NCBI GenBank assembly: GCA_013265495.1
Contig: MU058844.1
Coordinates: 10,438,184 to 10,502,183 of the forward strand
DNA: 64,000 bases
Source of the DNA: Vicugna vicugna
Taxonomy: Eukaryota
Direction of reading: 5' to 3'
Both the position numbers and the translations under genes were made by a program. Shown here in pieces: positions 39,166-51,787 of this stretch. How positions within the stretch are numbered: position 1 is the stretch's first letter; each line of letters opens with the position of its first letter. Under the pieces are notes generated by a model. That model was not told the origin of the DNA and did not search any database. It saw only the letters and a program-made list of their open reading frames with translations.

Positions 39166-40022
39166 AAAAACAAGAAGCAAGCATGTTTATTACATTAAAG
39201 ACTATAAATATTGACTTATATGCTATTAGTTCAAAGTGTGTGAATTGGTATTTAATGTGAGGAATTGCTGTTTCACTCATAATTTTTGGTTAATAAGAAT
39301 TATGAAATGACAAAAGTTGCTCGTATGATGACTATTTTCTATAATTATATGCATACTTCCAGTGAAAATTATGCAGTTTTCTGTAATTCTTTTCTTTTTT
39401 CTATTTATTCTATTATCAAAATATAATTTTGTGGGTCTGAATCTAGTAAAACATTTGGACTTGTATCTTGTATTGTCCTTCTTACTTTTATTTTTTCAGT
39501 AGTTCATTTTTCATTTTCAGTATTTTCCAGTAGTTCGACACCAAAGTGTTGGCCCATGATGGAATGAAATTTATAAGTAGAAGGAAAAAGAAAGCGGTTC
39601 TTCACCACATACAGTCCACATTAGGTCCCCTGTAATAGTTTTCATAATACCTTATTGTGAGGGTTGTCTTGCTTTATTATAATTGGTTATATTCCATGTT
39701 AAACTGAAAGCTTTATGAATGTCATAGTCCATGTCTCCATGTGTGAGTTTCCTGTTACATCTTCAGTATTCAGAACAGTGAATGGTACTTAGCAGCTACT
39801 CAGTAGATACTGGTCGAAAGAATTACTGTTTTTTTGTTTTTTGTTTTTTTTTTAATTGTTAGAATAGTGATTAACTTCCATAGTTATAAATAAGTTGACT
39901 TGTTTATAGCTATATGTCCTCAGGGGAATGGTAATTGTTTATGGTGAATAGAAAATACTCTTGGCACTCTTCTTACTGAATATTAGGTATTTTTAAAAAA
40001 AATTGTATCTTTATTTCCATAG

Positions 40023-40170
40023 CACGACCACTGCCTCTGAAGAAGATGTCTCAAGTAGATATCCCCGAACAGATAGAAGTGGGTTCAGCAGATATAACAG
40101 GGATGTAAGTGCTTCAGGTAATTTGGTCTCAAGTAGCACATTGGAAAAGAAAATTGAAGATCTTGAAAAG
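40023..40170 (+). CDS. PAWR: PAWR coding exon (exon 5 equivalent), 148 nt, phase 2/0
   Basis: Acceptor tttatttccatAG and donor AAG|GTATGA. Encodes (S)TTTASEEDVSSRYPRTDRSGFSRYNRDVSASGNLVSSSTLEKKIEDLEK. Confidence 0.97.
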
Positions 40171-41778
40171 GTATGAAATGCAAATTATTTAAGATTTATA
40201 AAATTAATATTCTATTAGGATTCCTTTTTTACTTTCATAGCAGCTGAGAGAAAGTAAACTGAAATTTGTGAGGAAAAGCCAATGCCAACAAAGGGAAGGA
40301 ATGAGGAGCACTAATGAAAGATGCCAGTAGTGTTAATTGGTATTTCTATGTGTAGTCAAGCAGCAGCTTTGAATCACTGTCTTAAATATATATTTTCTAG
40401 ATGCATAGTGGCTAAGCATCTTCTGATTTTCTTAAAACTTTAATATCCAGTTCTGTTGATGTTCAAACTTCTAGAAATGGAGCCACTTCTTGTATTCTTT
40501 AATATTTAATGGATACTCTCATTTTGCCAAGTGTTATCTTTAATATATTGAAAAGAATCTTTGCCTTCGAAATGGTTAGAAGTCTGTGCTGGCGATATGT
40601 ACTACTGAGTGTTTATTTTATTATCTACAGATTGTCATTTATAGACTTTCTTCTGAGTTATGAGTTAGAGCCTAGAGCCACTGTGGAGTTTGAAACAATT
40701 TCAAGAATAAACCTGTTAAGGAATATCTTTGAGAACATCTCAAGTGAATATTGGCATTAATTTATCAACTATGGGGTCTCAAGTTTATTCTATAGACATT
40801 CATCTGCTAAGGTTAATAATGGTGCTTAATTACTTTATGATTGTTGGAAATATGTTTTGTTTTGCTGAATTGAAACTGTTCCCTGTAATATAAAGGTTGT
40901 TTTAAGTAGAGATTGAATTACAAAAAGAATTTTTATAACATTATGATTATTTTTAGTTCACATTTGAGCTTTAACACTAGTTTCTATAGGTTTAAGTTAA
41001 AAACTTTAAGGAATACGTAGTCTAATCATTTTTGAGGGGGCTTTTCAGAGGGGCTTTGGAAGTTCCACATGAGTTTGGATTGTGTTGCTAGTAGTTGGCA
41101 GCAGCTGATTAATGAGGCTGGCTGGCTGTTTTCTCTGAGGGTTAGTAACGAAGAAGCCAAGTTCTGGGCAAGACCTTTTCAGTTCTGCTTCTTTTTTGCC
41201 CCCAAAGTGGCTGACCTAGCTCAAGATTCTGGATTCTACATAAGATTTCTTTGAAAAAGGTGCTGCATTATTTGAAGACAAAAAAATTTAAAAACCAGTA
41301 ATCATTTTTAGTTTCTTCATTTTCATCCGTTGTCAGTTAACTGGCAGAGCCAGATGTAAAATTGAGGACCATTATTTGTCTGTTTAGAATTTTCCATAGA
41401 GCCATGTCTTTTTCTTAAATTTTGTGTTTTTAATAAAAATTTTGAATGTCCCCAAACAGAATATTATTCATGAAAATATAAGATATTTTATTACTAACGA
41501 TTGTGATAAGCTAAAGAGCTAAAGTCACACTATTAGTATTTGTTAAAAACTTGGGTAAACAGACTTAATCAGAAGCATATTTTACAACTCCTGTATCCCT
41601 CTCATTCTCCGGTTCTTTTCTGGGATATGGGTTCTTCCTTTCCTCACCAAGTGACTTAAGAAATTAATTGGAGATCTTCATATATCTGAGGTACTTCATC
41701 AAACTTGGCAGATGTGCTATTTAAGATTATAAATAACCCATTACTTACCAATTAATGCTTTGTAATTGTATCAACTAG

Positions 41779-41883
41779 GAAGTGGTAAGAGAAAGGCAAG
41801 AAAACTTAAGACTTGTGAGACTAATGCAAGATAAAGAGGAAATGATTGGAAAACTCAAAGAAGAAATTGATTTGTTAAATAGA
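41779..41883 (+). CDS. PAWR: PAWR coding exon (exon 6 equivalent), 105 nt, coiled coil, phase 0/0
   Basis: Acceptor caactAG and donor AGA|GTGAGT. Encodes EVVRERQENLRLVRLMQDKEEMIGKLKEEIDLLNR. Confidence 0.97.
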
Positions 41884-44080
41884 GTGAGTATTCATATATA
41901 TTTCTGTTTACGGTTTCCATTTTTTATGGCAATTGGATAAAAAGTACATAAATATGAAAACATTATTTAATTTTATATTTTAGTTCATTCTTTTGTTAAT
42001 GAGATAGTAATTTGTGGTGATCAGAACCATCATTTCATCCCATAAACTGATTCCTCTGGCCAATTATCAGTTGTATTTACTTAATATTATTCTTTTGGGG
42101 ATGGACCAGGTGAATGGATTTAGTCTGTGTTCTGTTGGAGTCTGGAGGTGAGAAGCAGCTTGGTCAGCACCACATAAAAGGGCTCTGGCATAGAGTTGCC
42201 TTAGTGAGGAACTAAATTGCTGCTTTCTTGCCATAAGAAACTATATGTCATTGTGTGTATTTTCACTTTTTTTTTTCTCCAGTTATATGTATGCGTCCTG
42301 GCTTTAGGTTCAGCCTTACCCTAGGGTCTCTATTACTACTGTTCATAACTCTTTTTTTTTTTTAAATCAGTTTCAGCTCTAGAATTTACTTCCTGCTTAA
42401 GAAGCAGGTATTAATGCTAGGCCATACTTAGGTAATGATAATGAGAACAGATTTCATAGTTTTGCCTTTTAGAAGGCTTTACATAAGATAGAGGAAGGGA
42501 ACAAGTTTGGTTCAGGGAGAAAAGGAATGAACAAATTCCTAATCCAGTCTTAACTCTAATTCTAGAAGAAGAGAAAATAGAAAGCTTCATTATGTGCAGA
42601 CTCGGTCTAATGAAGCTGTAAGGCATTAACTGCAGGGTGTAGATGAGGACACTGAAACTCAAGAGTTTAACTTGCTCAAGGTCATACATAGTAATCACCT
42701 AGAAATCTGCTGAGCCAGTATTTGACCTCAGGTCTTTGACAGTGTTAATACTAAGGAAGCCCTTCCATTCTTATAGACTGCCTTTCATCTTGGTTCAGAA
42801 CACAAGCATTCCTCTATTATTTCTGTAATATGATATAAAATCTGCAAATATTTTTGATGTCTGTGATCTGTTGGCACTGTCTTAGACACTGTGTGCATTA
42901 AAAAGAAAAATGAACCACCTGCCCTTACAGGTTTATAATCTAGTAATGATACATGAGTATATTTTTTCATTTAATTCTGTAAGTCTTAGGTGGGTCTCAA
43001 TTGTAGTAATTTTAGCAATCTAATATCTTCATTATTGTTATTTTCAACAAATTAATTTCCTATTATCATTCAGTTTGTGAGTAAATACAAATTCTGTGTC
43101 TGTACATTTTTAAATCATTTACCTAATTGTCCAAAGACAGTATACTAAATGTATCAGAATGCAGCTATTCAGTAGCATACTTAGAATTCACATTGATTTC
43201 TCCAAGTTTAGTATTTTGAATTTCAAGGATAAAGCTATAAATATAAATGTCTGCTTTTCCAACCATCAATAAATAATCTGCCTTAAAATAGTGTTTCTTC
43301 TAACTAAAACTTATAGTGGATTGTTCTCATGTTTACCAAATGGTTGTATATGTGGCACTGGGATTAATTTATGGAATGTGGAGCTGGAATTGGATAACTT
43401 TAAAGCTGGGAGGTGATTACCTAGTTTAGTGGCTTTCACATTTTTTTTTAAGCTCAAAAACCTTTCTCTCAAACAAAACGTCATAGAGAAGCCTAACATA
43501 AGCTGAACCAGATGAACTCTATAAGCCCTAGATCTCCTTTTCTGTGGGCCTGAGTTCTCTCCCCTCCCGGGTTCTTATCCCCCAACACGTACACAGATCA
43601 CACCAGGTAGTAGGAGTACATTCAGAACTTGCACCTGGATCGTTCTGATGCCTAATTTGACACAAAGTTGCTATCTAAGGCCCTAGACCTCATACTTGCT
43701 ACTTATGTATTTTGTTTAGCCCTCAATTTGAGGAAGGAGGGATTTGTTTTTAACTAAAAATTTAAAGTTATTTATAATGATTAAAAATTGGAAGATTCAC
43801 AATTAATTCTGATTTCTGGCTTCTGTTTAAAAACTGAGAGATCTGGCGAGAGCTGGCCTGTAATACCGTGATACCAATGAGGAGTCGAGTAGTGGATGCT
43901 GCCTTTGGGTGGGGCATAGTCTATCCAGAGCTCTTTTCAGAGGTAGCCCTTGTTTCCAATTGAATTACTTGTAAGAATTATCTTTGAATGTGTATTTTGA
44001 AGTTTTTTTTTTTATCACTTTCAGAATATTTTTAAGTATTTTAAAAACTCACGTATTGTTTTCCTTTTTGTTTCCTTAAG

Positions 44081-44167
44081 GACCTAGATGACATAGAAGA
44101 TGAAAATGAACAACTAAAGCAGGAGAATAAAACTCTTTTGAAAGTTGTTGGGCAGCTAACAAGGTAG
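44081..44167 (+). CDS. PAWR: PAWR last coding exon, leucine zipper C-terminus and TAG stop
   Basis: Acceptor ttcctttttgtttccttaAG. Encodes DLDDIEDENEQLKQENKTLLKVVGQLTR* (TAG 44165-44167), and the heptad L/I repeat continues from the previous exon. Confidence 0.97.
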   Translation, partial: DLDDIEDENEQLKQENKTLLKVVGQLTR

Positions 44168-47100
44168 AAGATTCAAGGCTCAGTGTGGAAAAAAATATTT
44201 TAAAACTACTGATCGAATGTTATGGTTAACGCTAGGACAATATTCCTATGCAAGTATGTATATTTATTTCTAGAAAACAGTGGATGTTTATTTTCAAAAT
44301 ATTTCTTTTTCATTATCAGTTTCAAAAAAAATCAACCATTTATTTCACAAAGAAGTAACCACTTTTAGTTATTAAACTTGTAGGTTTATGCCTCTTTTGG
44401 TTTTGTGTGGTATTCAAGTAATACATAGTTTAAAGTCACAACCATTTGAATATATTTCATCTGTGGGAATGCATTTTCTCCCTAAGAGAATATACATAGT
44501 CTTTGTTTACATGAATTCAAATACTTTTTGGGGAGTTACCTGCAAATGCCTTATCACTGATATGTGCAACCTTTTATTCATAAAGGTCTTTGTCTACAGT
44601 CTGTTCTTTCAACTTATTCTAAGCAACTTAGAGGAATATAGAGTCACGCTATTTTGTATAACAGTCATCTTTAAAAAGGAAAACTACTATAAAATGTCAC
44701 TTAATATCATGTACTAGTTGACTAAATATAAAATTTAAGAGAATACTTGAATTGTGCTCTCGTAAATTAAAATGTACTATTTTGTTTTCAAGTACTGAAA
44801 AAACTTTAAGTCACTTTGACTTCTAAAAGACATACAGTTGTACTTTTAAAGTAAAATTTCTTATGTAGGTACTCTTTTTATTATTCCAAGGTTTATAAGT
44901 GAACATGGGGTTTTTAAAAGGTGTTTTTATTCATGAAGCCTAGAGAGTGTACAATTTCAGCATATAAGAAAAAAAATCCACATTTTAAATTATCATATGC
45001 ATTAAAACCAAAAGGAAACTATTTATCCACACAAAACATTTATACTTATGTTAATAATACAGTACATAAACAGAAATCATACTGAAATACTTTGCTTAAC
45101 TTCTAACTTGGAGAGTAACACTGTAACACAGTTGTTCTCATGTGGAGAATTATGCCCCTACCTCAAATTTAAGGGATTTTCTTCCTAACATTGGATTTTT
45201 TAAAAATAGAATTATTTTGAAGAATTATACAGATTTTCTCTTCTATTAAATATCATTAGTGTTTAGAGTTGTTTTATATTACATTTTCATGTTGAGTAAG
45301 AAAGCCCTCTCCTTTAAAATACATTAAGAAATGTCAGCCTTGATAGTGTACTAATGCCCTTTTATCCAATTAATGTATGTAAATGTCTTGAACATAGTAA
45401 AATCCATTTTGGGTACCCTTCTGACTCTTTCTTTTACTTGCTAAGCCCCTTCATTATTTGTTTTATTAGAAAGATAGGGAAGGTAAGACAGTTAGAAAAA
45501 GCGCAGAGTAAATGCTGAATTTTAATACTCTCTGCAATAACCTAGGTGTCCCGTCTCGTGCCCGTGCCCCTGCCCACCCCGCTTCAGAAGTTCCAACCTT
45601 GGCTGATCATCAGAATCACTTGGGTTGTTTAAGAATTATCGGGTTATAGCTTCTAGATTGGTTTAGATTGAGAGCTTGGATAGAATTTTTAAACTCAACA
45701 TCTGAAGATTTTGGTCATAACCTAGATTGGGAAACAGCTACCCTTGCCACTTTCTTCCTGTATCTTCCGTTGGAGACCTTGGAATTAACATAGTTTTAGC
45801 TACCAGCACTTTTTAACCTCTTGGTTTATTTAATAATTAACTTGGTCTCTGGAGAAGTTCACATATGTCAATATATGTATTTACCAAAAAGTTCAATGTT
45901 AAATTACCAAGCTCGATATAGTTGTGGAATTACTGCATTAGGGCATCTTTTTTGGAGAATAGTCCCAGCATGGTAACAGTGATTTGTTGCCCATATGTCA
46001 CAGTGGTGTTCCAGGCTCAGGCAGCGCCTTTGGCTGTGTGGTCCTCATTTCCCTTGGATAATTTACCCTTAATTGTGTGGCAGAAGTACTGGTATTGTCT
46101 AGCTTCCCAACCACAATTTGGATGTTGTGAAAACGCTGTTAGTACCCAACCTTAAAATATATTAATATACTGATTTTTCAATAAAAGAAGTATTTTGAAT
46201 TTTCTGTTTAATCCATTTGTAACTAAAGGAATATTTCAGTTCCCCGTTTAAAATTATACCAGCTATTAAGGCTTTTAAAGACTGAGCTCTTTTAAAGTTT
46301 TTCCTCTGTTTCAGTTTATGAGGAACATTTCCAACAGTGACCTTATACATAACGGTACCTAGTGCAAATAGAGAAGCCCGACAATTGAGGCAAAGCAGTT
46401 CACGTGCAGTCCTCTCTCCCATGCTTAAAATGTATATTTGTATCACTTAATGATTTTTCACACCGAATATTAAAAAATAAGTAGGATCTGCTACAATTTC
46501 CCTTTAAAATTTATAAAAAGCATTGAAATTTTAGAAAGGTTACTTAAATACATGTACACTACCTTAAAAAACTTGGGCTATTGTCAGTAAAGTGCTAGTA
46601 TGTGTGAAATTATTAGTCCCATTCAGAAATAATTATTTCTTATATTTCCTGGGAATTTGTGGCATAATAAAGCGTATCCAAATATCCAGAGTTCTAATGT
46701 GTTTATGATGTTATTTTCAAAACAATAAGTTTGTATCTTTAAAATGAATGTGACTTGCCTCCTTGATTTCTGATACGCATTAACTTGGATATTACTGAAG
46801 AAATAATCTCTATTTCATCTTTCTAGAATTATTAGTTTTATTGCACTACAGTTACCTTTAGAGAGGAAGAAGAAGGCATTAGAGTGTATATTTCTAAGGG
46901 AATTTACTAAATATAGTAGATTAGCTCTGTCATACTTGCTCAAGTAGTTTAATACATAGAAAATTATCGGGGCAGATACATGAAGCAATGTATTCTTAAG
47001 GTAAAAAACCTACCTCAATTACATGTGGTTTATGTTTTCTGGATTAATCTGGATTTTTATAATTAGAAATTAAAATGCAGGTTTTTGAGTCCATTAATAA

Positions 47101-48885
47101 TACGTTGTTGAAAATAATGCAAGTCAATGTAATAACATGTTCATATGTTCAAACACCAGAAGATAAAATAGGAAGAACCTTGGGTTTGATAATTAATCTG
47201 ATGTCCCAGAGAATATTCGTATGTACATTGATTGTCGTATTTCATCTTTTTTTGTAGTTTTTTTATCTTGACTCAGTGCCTAGTAAGTTCCATGCAGTGT
47301 TGGCACTTACTTAATACCTATTCTTGATGTTGTCAATAACCTGTTCTAAGATTCATGCATATATTTTCATCTTGTAATATAAAAAAAATCAAACACACTA
47401 GCTTTTCATTGGGGGAAATATATTAAATGAGAAGGAACTAGCATTAAAATAACATGTTAAAGTCAGTGATAAACATTGTCTCATTCTGTCTGAACCATTC
47501 CTAACTTGTAACAGTAAACTTGACTTTCTTGCATTAGAACCCTGCTCTCATAAATAAAGGACACCCTATTGATTAGGATTATAATTTGTATGACTTACCT
47601 TAGAACTAGTGACACTTTGTTGTTGTTGTTTCAGTAAGCTGAAAATATGGTACTAATAGCAAACATTTTAATCGTCAGGTGCATGTACAAAGGCACTCTC
47701 CACCATGCTGTCAAGTTTTCTCTTTAATATATCAAAGTTGGTTGTTTCCTTCCCAGTATAAAGACTCGAACCATTGCCCAAGAAAACCTGAGCCCAATTT
47801 GTTTTTAATTTTACTTAGCTAGAATCTAACAGCACACTAAAGTTGTCTCCCCATACTTCCCCCACCCCCAAAATAATTATGTGTGAATATGTGAGAGAAA
47901 CATGGTTGAGGGGGTTATGTTAAATTTTCATACTTATTCTTTCAGCAAGTAACTGGTCATACAATTATAGATATTGCAGAAGTTTTAAAAAATGTCCATG
48001 GATCAGCCCTTCCATCTGTCAGTGTACAGTGTGTGTAGTGTGTGTCAGTGCTGTCTTCAGCAGCATTAGCCAGTCTACTCTGAATAGTTCATTCAAAAGT
48101 ATTTTCTGTATTAGTTATGCAGCCATTGTATTTTAGGTCTGATTAATAGGTACTATTTAATTTGCTGCAGTGTTTACTGAATGGTGGATGAAAGACTGGA
48201 TGCATATTGGGAAGCATCTTACCGTGTTTCCTTTAGGTAATTACGTATTATGAAAAGAACATTTTAAAGGAATTTGTCGCAGTAATGAAGTAAAAAGAAT
48301 TCAACGTATGTCAGCTGTACCAAACTGTTGATGGTGTTCAAAAGTGACTTTAAGTTAGTTTTTCTGTATGCATTATTGATTACTGGTTTGTTTTTAGATG
48401 TTTAAGTCTAATAAACAGTTCACATATTGGCAGTCACTTTGGTAATAATAGAATGTTAGTGATGATCACTTGATGGATGTTTTTGTGTGCCTGTTTTGTT
48501 TTGTTTCTGCCTCTGAATACCTAATAGATGTATATTGCTTTTTTTGTGTGAACTTGTTTCTTGAAAGATCTGACTGTGCTATTCAGGGTTTTTATTATTA
48601 TGCTTTTCTTCTAAATTTAAGTATCAGATGGTGGCTGCTACCAGCAAAGACCATATGAAAACTGAAATTGACTGTTTTGTTAAAAAATCAGCTAATTCAG
48701 GTAATCCAAATATTTGTAGAGAAAAATCTGGATAATTTATTGATCACATTAGTATTGTGTAGACAGCTTTCATAATCCCCATTGCATAGGTTTTCACTGG
48801 GGTGGTCAACTTGATATGGATTCACTTTTAATATGCTTTGCATGTAAAATAAAAATACTCAATAAAAAAGTAAATTTTCATTTAA
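44168..48885 (+). other. PAWR: PAWR 3' UTR (probable long form; the end is inferred)
   Basis: AU-rich, repeat-poor sequence after the stop codon. ATTAAA at 44371 and 44766; AATAAA at 46180, 46666, 47553, 48410, 48848 and 48861. Confidence 0.55.
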
Positions 48886-48930
48886 TTTTTAACACTGGTT
48901 AATTATTTTTTTCCTTCCTGTACTGTTGGT
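48843..48930 (+). terminator. Candidate distal polyadenylation site
   Basis: TGTA (48843) precedes tandem AATAAA (48848-48853, 48861-48866), followed by U-rich/GU-rich downstream sequence. Confidence 0.55.
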
Positions 48931-51009
48931 AAAACCCTGACCGTGAGTTTTTACTTTCGAAGTTATAGGACAGTGCTAATATTCAAATTAACTTATGTAC
49001 CTCTTACTGAAACAGTATGCAATACTTTAAAATCTTTAATATACTATTTTAGAAGGAATAATGTTTTAACAAACAAAAATATAGTATTGATAAGATCTTA
49101 ATACATAAGTAGTGGGGCTTCTTGAGGAAATGTATACATGTTCAACCTGAGGTGAAAGCTTTGGTTTTGTGTTTTAAAACTACACGAATAATTTCTTAAT
49201 TCAAAACTGAATCTGTCATCCACTAAATCTGATGGTGGTCAGAGAATTTTAGGTCCTACTTGAAAAGATAAGTAGAGGTCTGGGAATGTAAAAATCCAAT
49301 CTGTGTTTTTTTTTAGTAAATGGTTTACATAACCTTTTGCCTAATGTGTCATTCTTCATACACCTGCACAAGCTAATCAGTCTTTACTTCTGGGACTCTG
49401 ATCTTCTCAGTGATGTCATACATGTCTAACAAGTGAACAAGCATCTTTCAGCCAGACTGTTTAGATAATGTCTCAAGTCCTTATGTAAGAACGTACTCCA
49501 TTAGCAAGTTTATTGAAAAAAATTTGCAAGGTCTAGTCTTAACTGGAACTGGAGCTCTTTATCTTAGACTTCATCAAATCTCTATTTTTTTCTTCTAGAG
49601 TTACTCTGCATGCACATAATCCTATGAGTATCTATAAACTAGTCACATAATTTTTTTAATCTCATGCCTCCAGTTTTTTTTTTTTCACCTCTGCAAAAGG
49701 TTACATTTTATTCCTGATCAGCTTGTTGGAAAGAACTATGTACTATTAGACCTTCATGTTAAAGAGATAGGACTGGTTATAATACCCTTTACAATCCATC
49801 CATTTTATTTTTAGTAAGGTCTAGCCATTTAAAGTTAAAAAGGAAGCTAGAAAGCAAAACTGCCCTCTTACTTCTGGACCAAACTCACAATTCTACTCTC
49901 ACTTTCAAAAAGCTGCTCTTACTGACTAAAGATGCTTTTAATAAAGGAGAAAGCTACTTGGTGTCAGTTCAGCAATATGAAAAAAAAATTAATATGAGGC
50001 AGTTAGAAAAGGTAGACTGGACTTTGACTTTATGCATGTGAAAGAAAAACAATAGGAATTTTGACTGCTATGTATCTTTTTCACATTGAAGTGTGTAGAA
50101 TTATTCAGTATATAGTCTTAATCCATATATGATCAATTGCTACTCCGGTTTAGATATACTATGGAACATGAAATTTACAACCTTTATTTTATGTTACAGG
50201 CTTTTATTCAGGGAAAGTCTTGCATTTCTTTGAAACATGAACTATTTACTGTGGTTAAACAAAGGTAGATGATGTCACCAGTGGACATTTTAGCTTTATG
50301 GAAGCAAATTTTTAAGAAAAATAATAGAAAGATAGCTGATTCCTTTTATTATTCTCGGAGTGCAAAAGTATAAACAAACCTTTCAGTCAAAGACATAGGA
50401 AATCCCATCCTGAAGAACCTGCAAAACCCTTTTGGTAAGAATACATTCATTTGATACAGTGTTAAGAAAAGTTGGAAAATGATTAGCCTTCCATAGCAGT
50501 TTGAAAGTTTCATATATGGATGGTTCAGGACAGTAAACAATATCACTAATTTAAAGTAACATTATGCCAGTAATTTCATATTAACTGTATTCTTTATTTT
50601 TTAAAGTATATCAGTGAATCAGTGAAAATTATAATGGGATGAATAATGAACACTAAAGAATGCTGATTAATGATCCTAAGGGGCCTGAAAGTGCCTCTTG
50701 TTTCTTGTAACTCTTTTGAGATCAATGTAACTTAAGAGGTTCAGCAAAGCATAGCAATTCAGTTAACAATTTGAACATAACTTTAACCCTAATTTAGTAT
50801 AGCATAAAAACATTCAGTAATTAGCAATTCAGTAGCCATATGTGCCAGGCATCATGTTAAGTGCTTTAAATATTGTTTTTTATTTGATACCTTAAAAGGG
50901 CAAGGTACAGATTGGAAGATTTATTTGCCCAAGGTCACAAAACAATGCTTTGTGCCTTATGCTATGACATACTTTTATGACATAATCATTGTTCTATTAA
51001 GTATTTTCC

Positions 51010-51175
51010 CAGTAGTTCTCAAAGTGTGGTCCCCACACTAGTATCATTGGTTTCACTAAGAAACCTGTTTAGAAATACGATTTTTTTGGCTCCACTCAGC
51101 AACAAAATGAGGTGAGGCTCAAAAATCTGTGTTTTAACAAGCCCTTTAAATGATTTTAATGCAAGTCAAAGCTTG
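51010..51175. mobile_element. MER5A-like hAT MITE
   Basis: cagtagttctcaaagtgtggtcc...aatctgtgttttaacaagccct. Confidence 0.7.
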
Positions 51176-51787
51176 CAAATTTGCATTACGCATTTTTATT
51201 TTTAAGCAAAAATCTTAGTCTTTCTTTTGTCTTTGGACACTGTATAAGTAATATAACATGAACTTGTGAAAAAGAAAATAAGTGGTCTTTTCTTTGTTGC
51301 TTACATTGCAAAAGATTGTATCAGGAAAAGCCTCAGCATGGATATTGGCAGCTTGACATAACCCCATTAGTTGAGTATTATCTCTGGAACTCAAATGGAT
51401 TCTTAAGTCCAAGAGACTGTGGAATGAAATCTTTGTTTTTCTGTGTTAAGGTCGATCTCTCTAATTGCCTGAAGTTTTTGGTAACAGAAATGCATTTTTC
51501 GTTACATTTTAAAACTTGAATGGAACAAATGTATGTTTCATCAGAATTACAGTTTTGTTTCTGTTTTTGTTTTCTGGGTTTTCTTTTTTCTTTTTTTCTT
51601 TTTTTTTTTTGCATGTATGGACACTGTAGGGACAATGGGGAGATTGAATTTTCAAAGTTTACTCTCTGTGGACCCAGAAAATCAATAGCATTTTCTAGCT
51701 AATTGAGCAGTGAGGAGAAATCCACAAAATTGCATCCCAGTGAGTAAAGAAAAAAATTAAAGTCTATGCTTATCTATCGGGGATCAT

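Larger units (their letters stand above)
31788..39620 (+). mobile_element. Fragmented hAT/Charlie DNA transposon with decayed BED-finger transposase (ZMYM6/Buster-like)
   Basis: Left end atgctactccaggtgtgg...gaactgtttgttac. Transposase remnants EVLKPQWVICSDILAAKTINPIKFKWHLY (from 36871), VFDLQDEYFMFLQDKKP, NPELAEIAFKPLL, LSSVQPRLGKLT|KKQA. Right end ttggcccatgatggaatgaaa...ggttcttcaccaca. Confidence 0.8.

Noticed and set aside
36800..39200. Intact or domesticated transposase gene, or ZMYM6 processed pseudogene
   Set aside because: It has many stops, frameshifts and nested inserts. It is flanked by transposon-like ends, with no MYM zinc-finger sequence or poly-A tail.
44126..44131. AATAAA inside the last coding exon
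   Set aside because: It is explained by the E-N-K codons, and its use would cut the mRNA before the stop codon.
44161..44170. AAG|GTAGAA possible donor overlapping the stop codon
   Set aside because: It matches poorly at +4 to +6 and no downstream coding exon was found.
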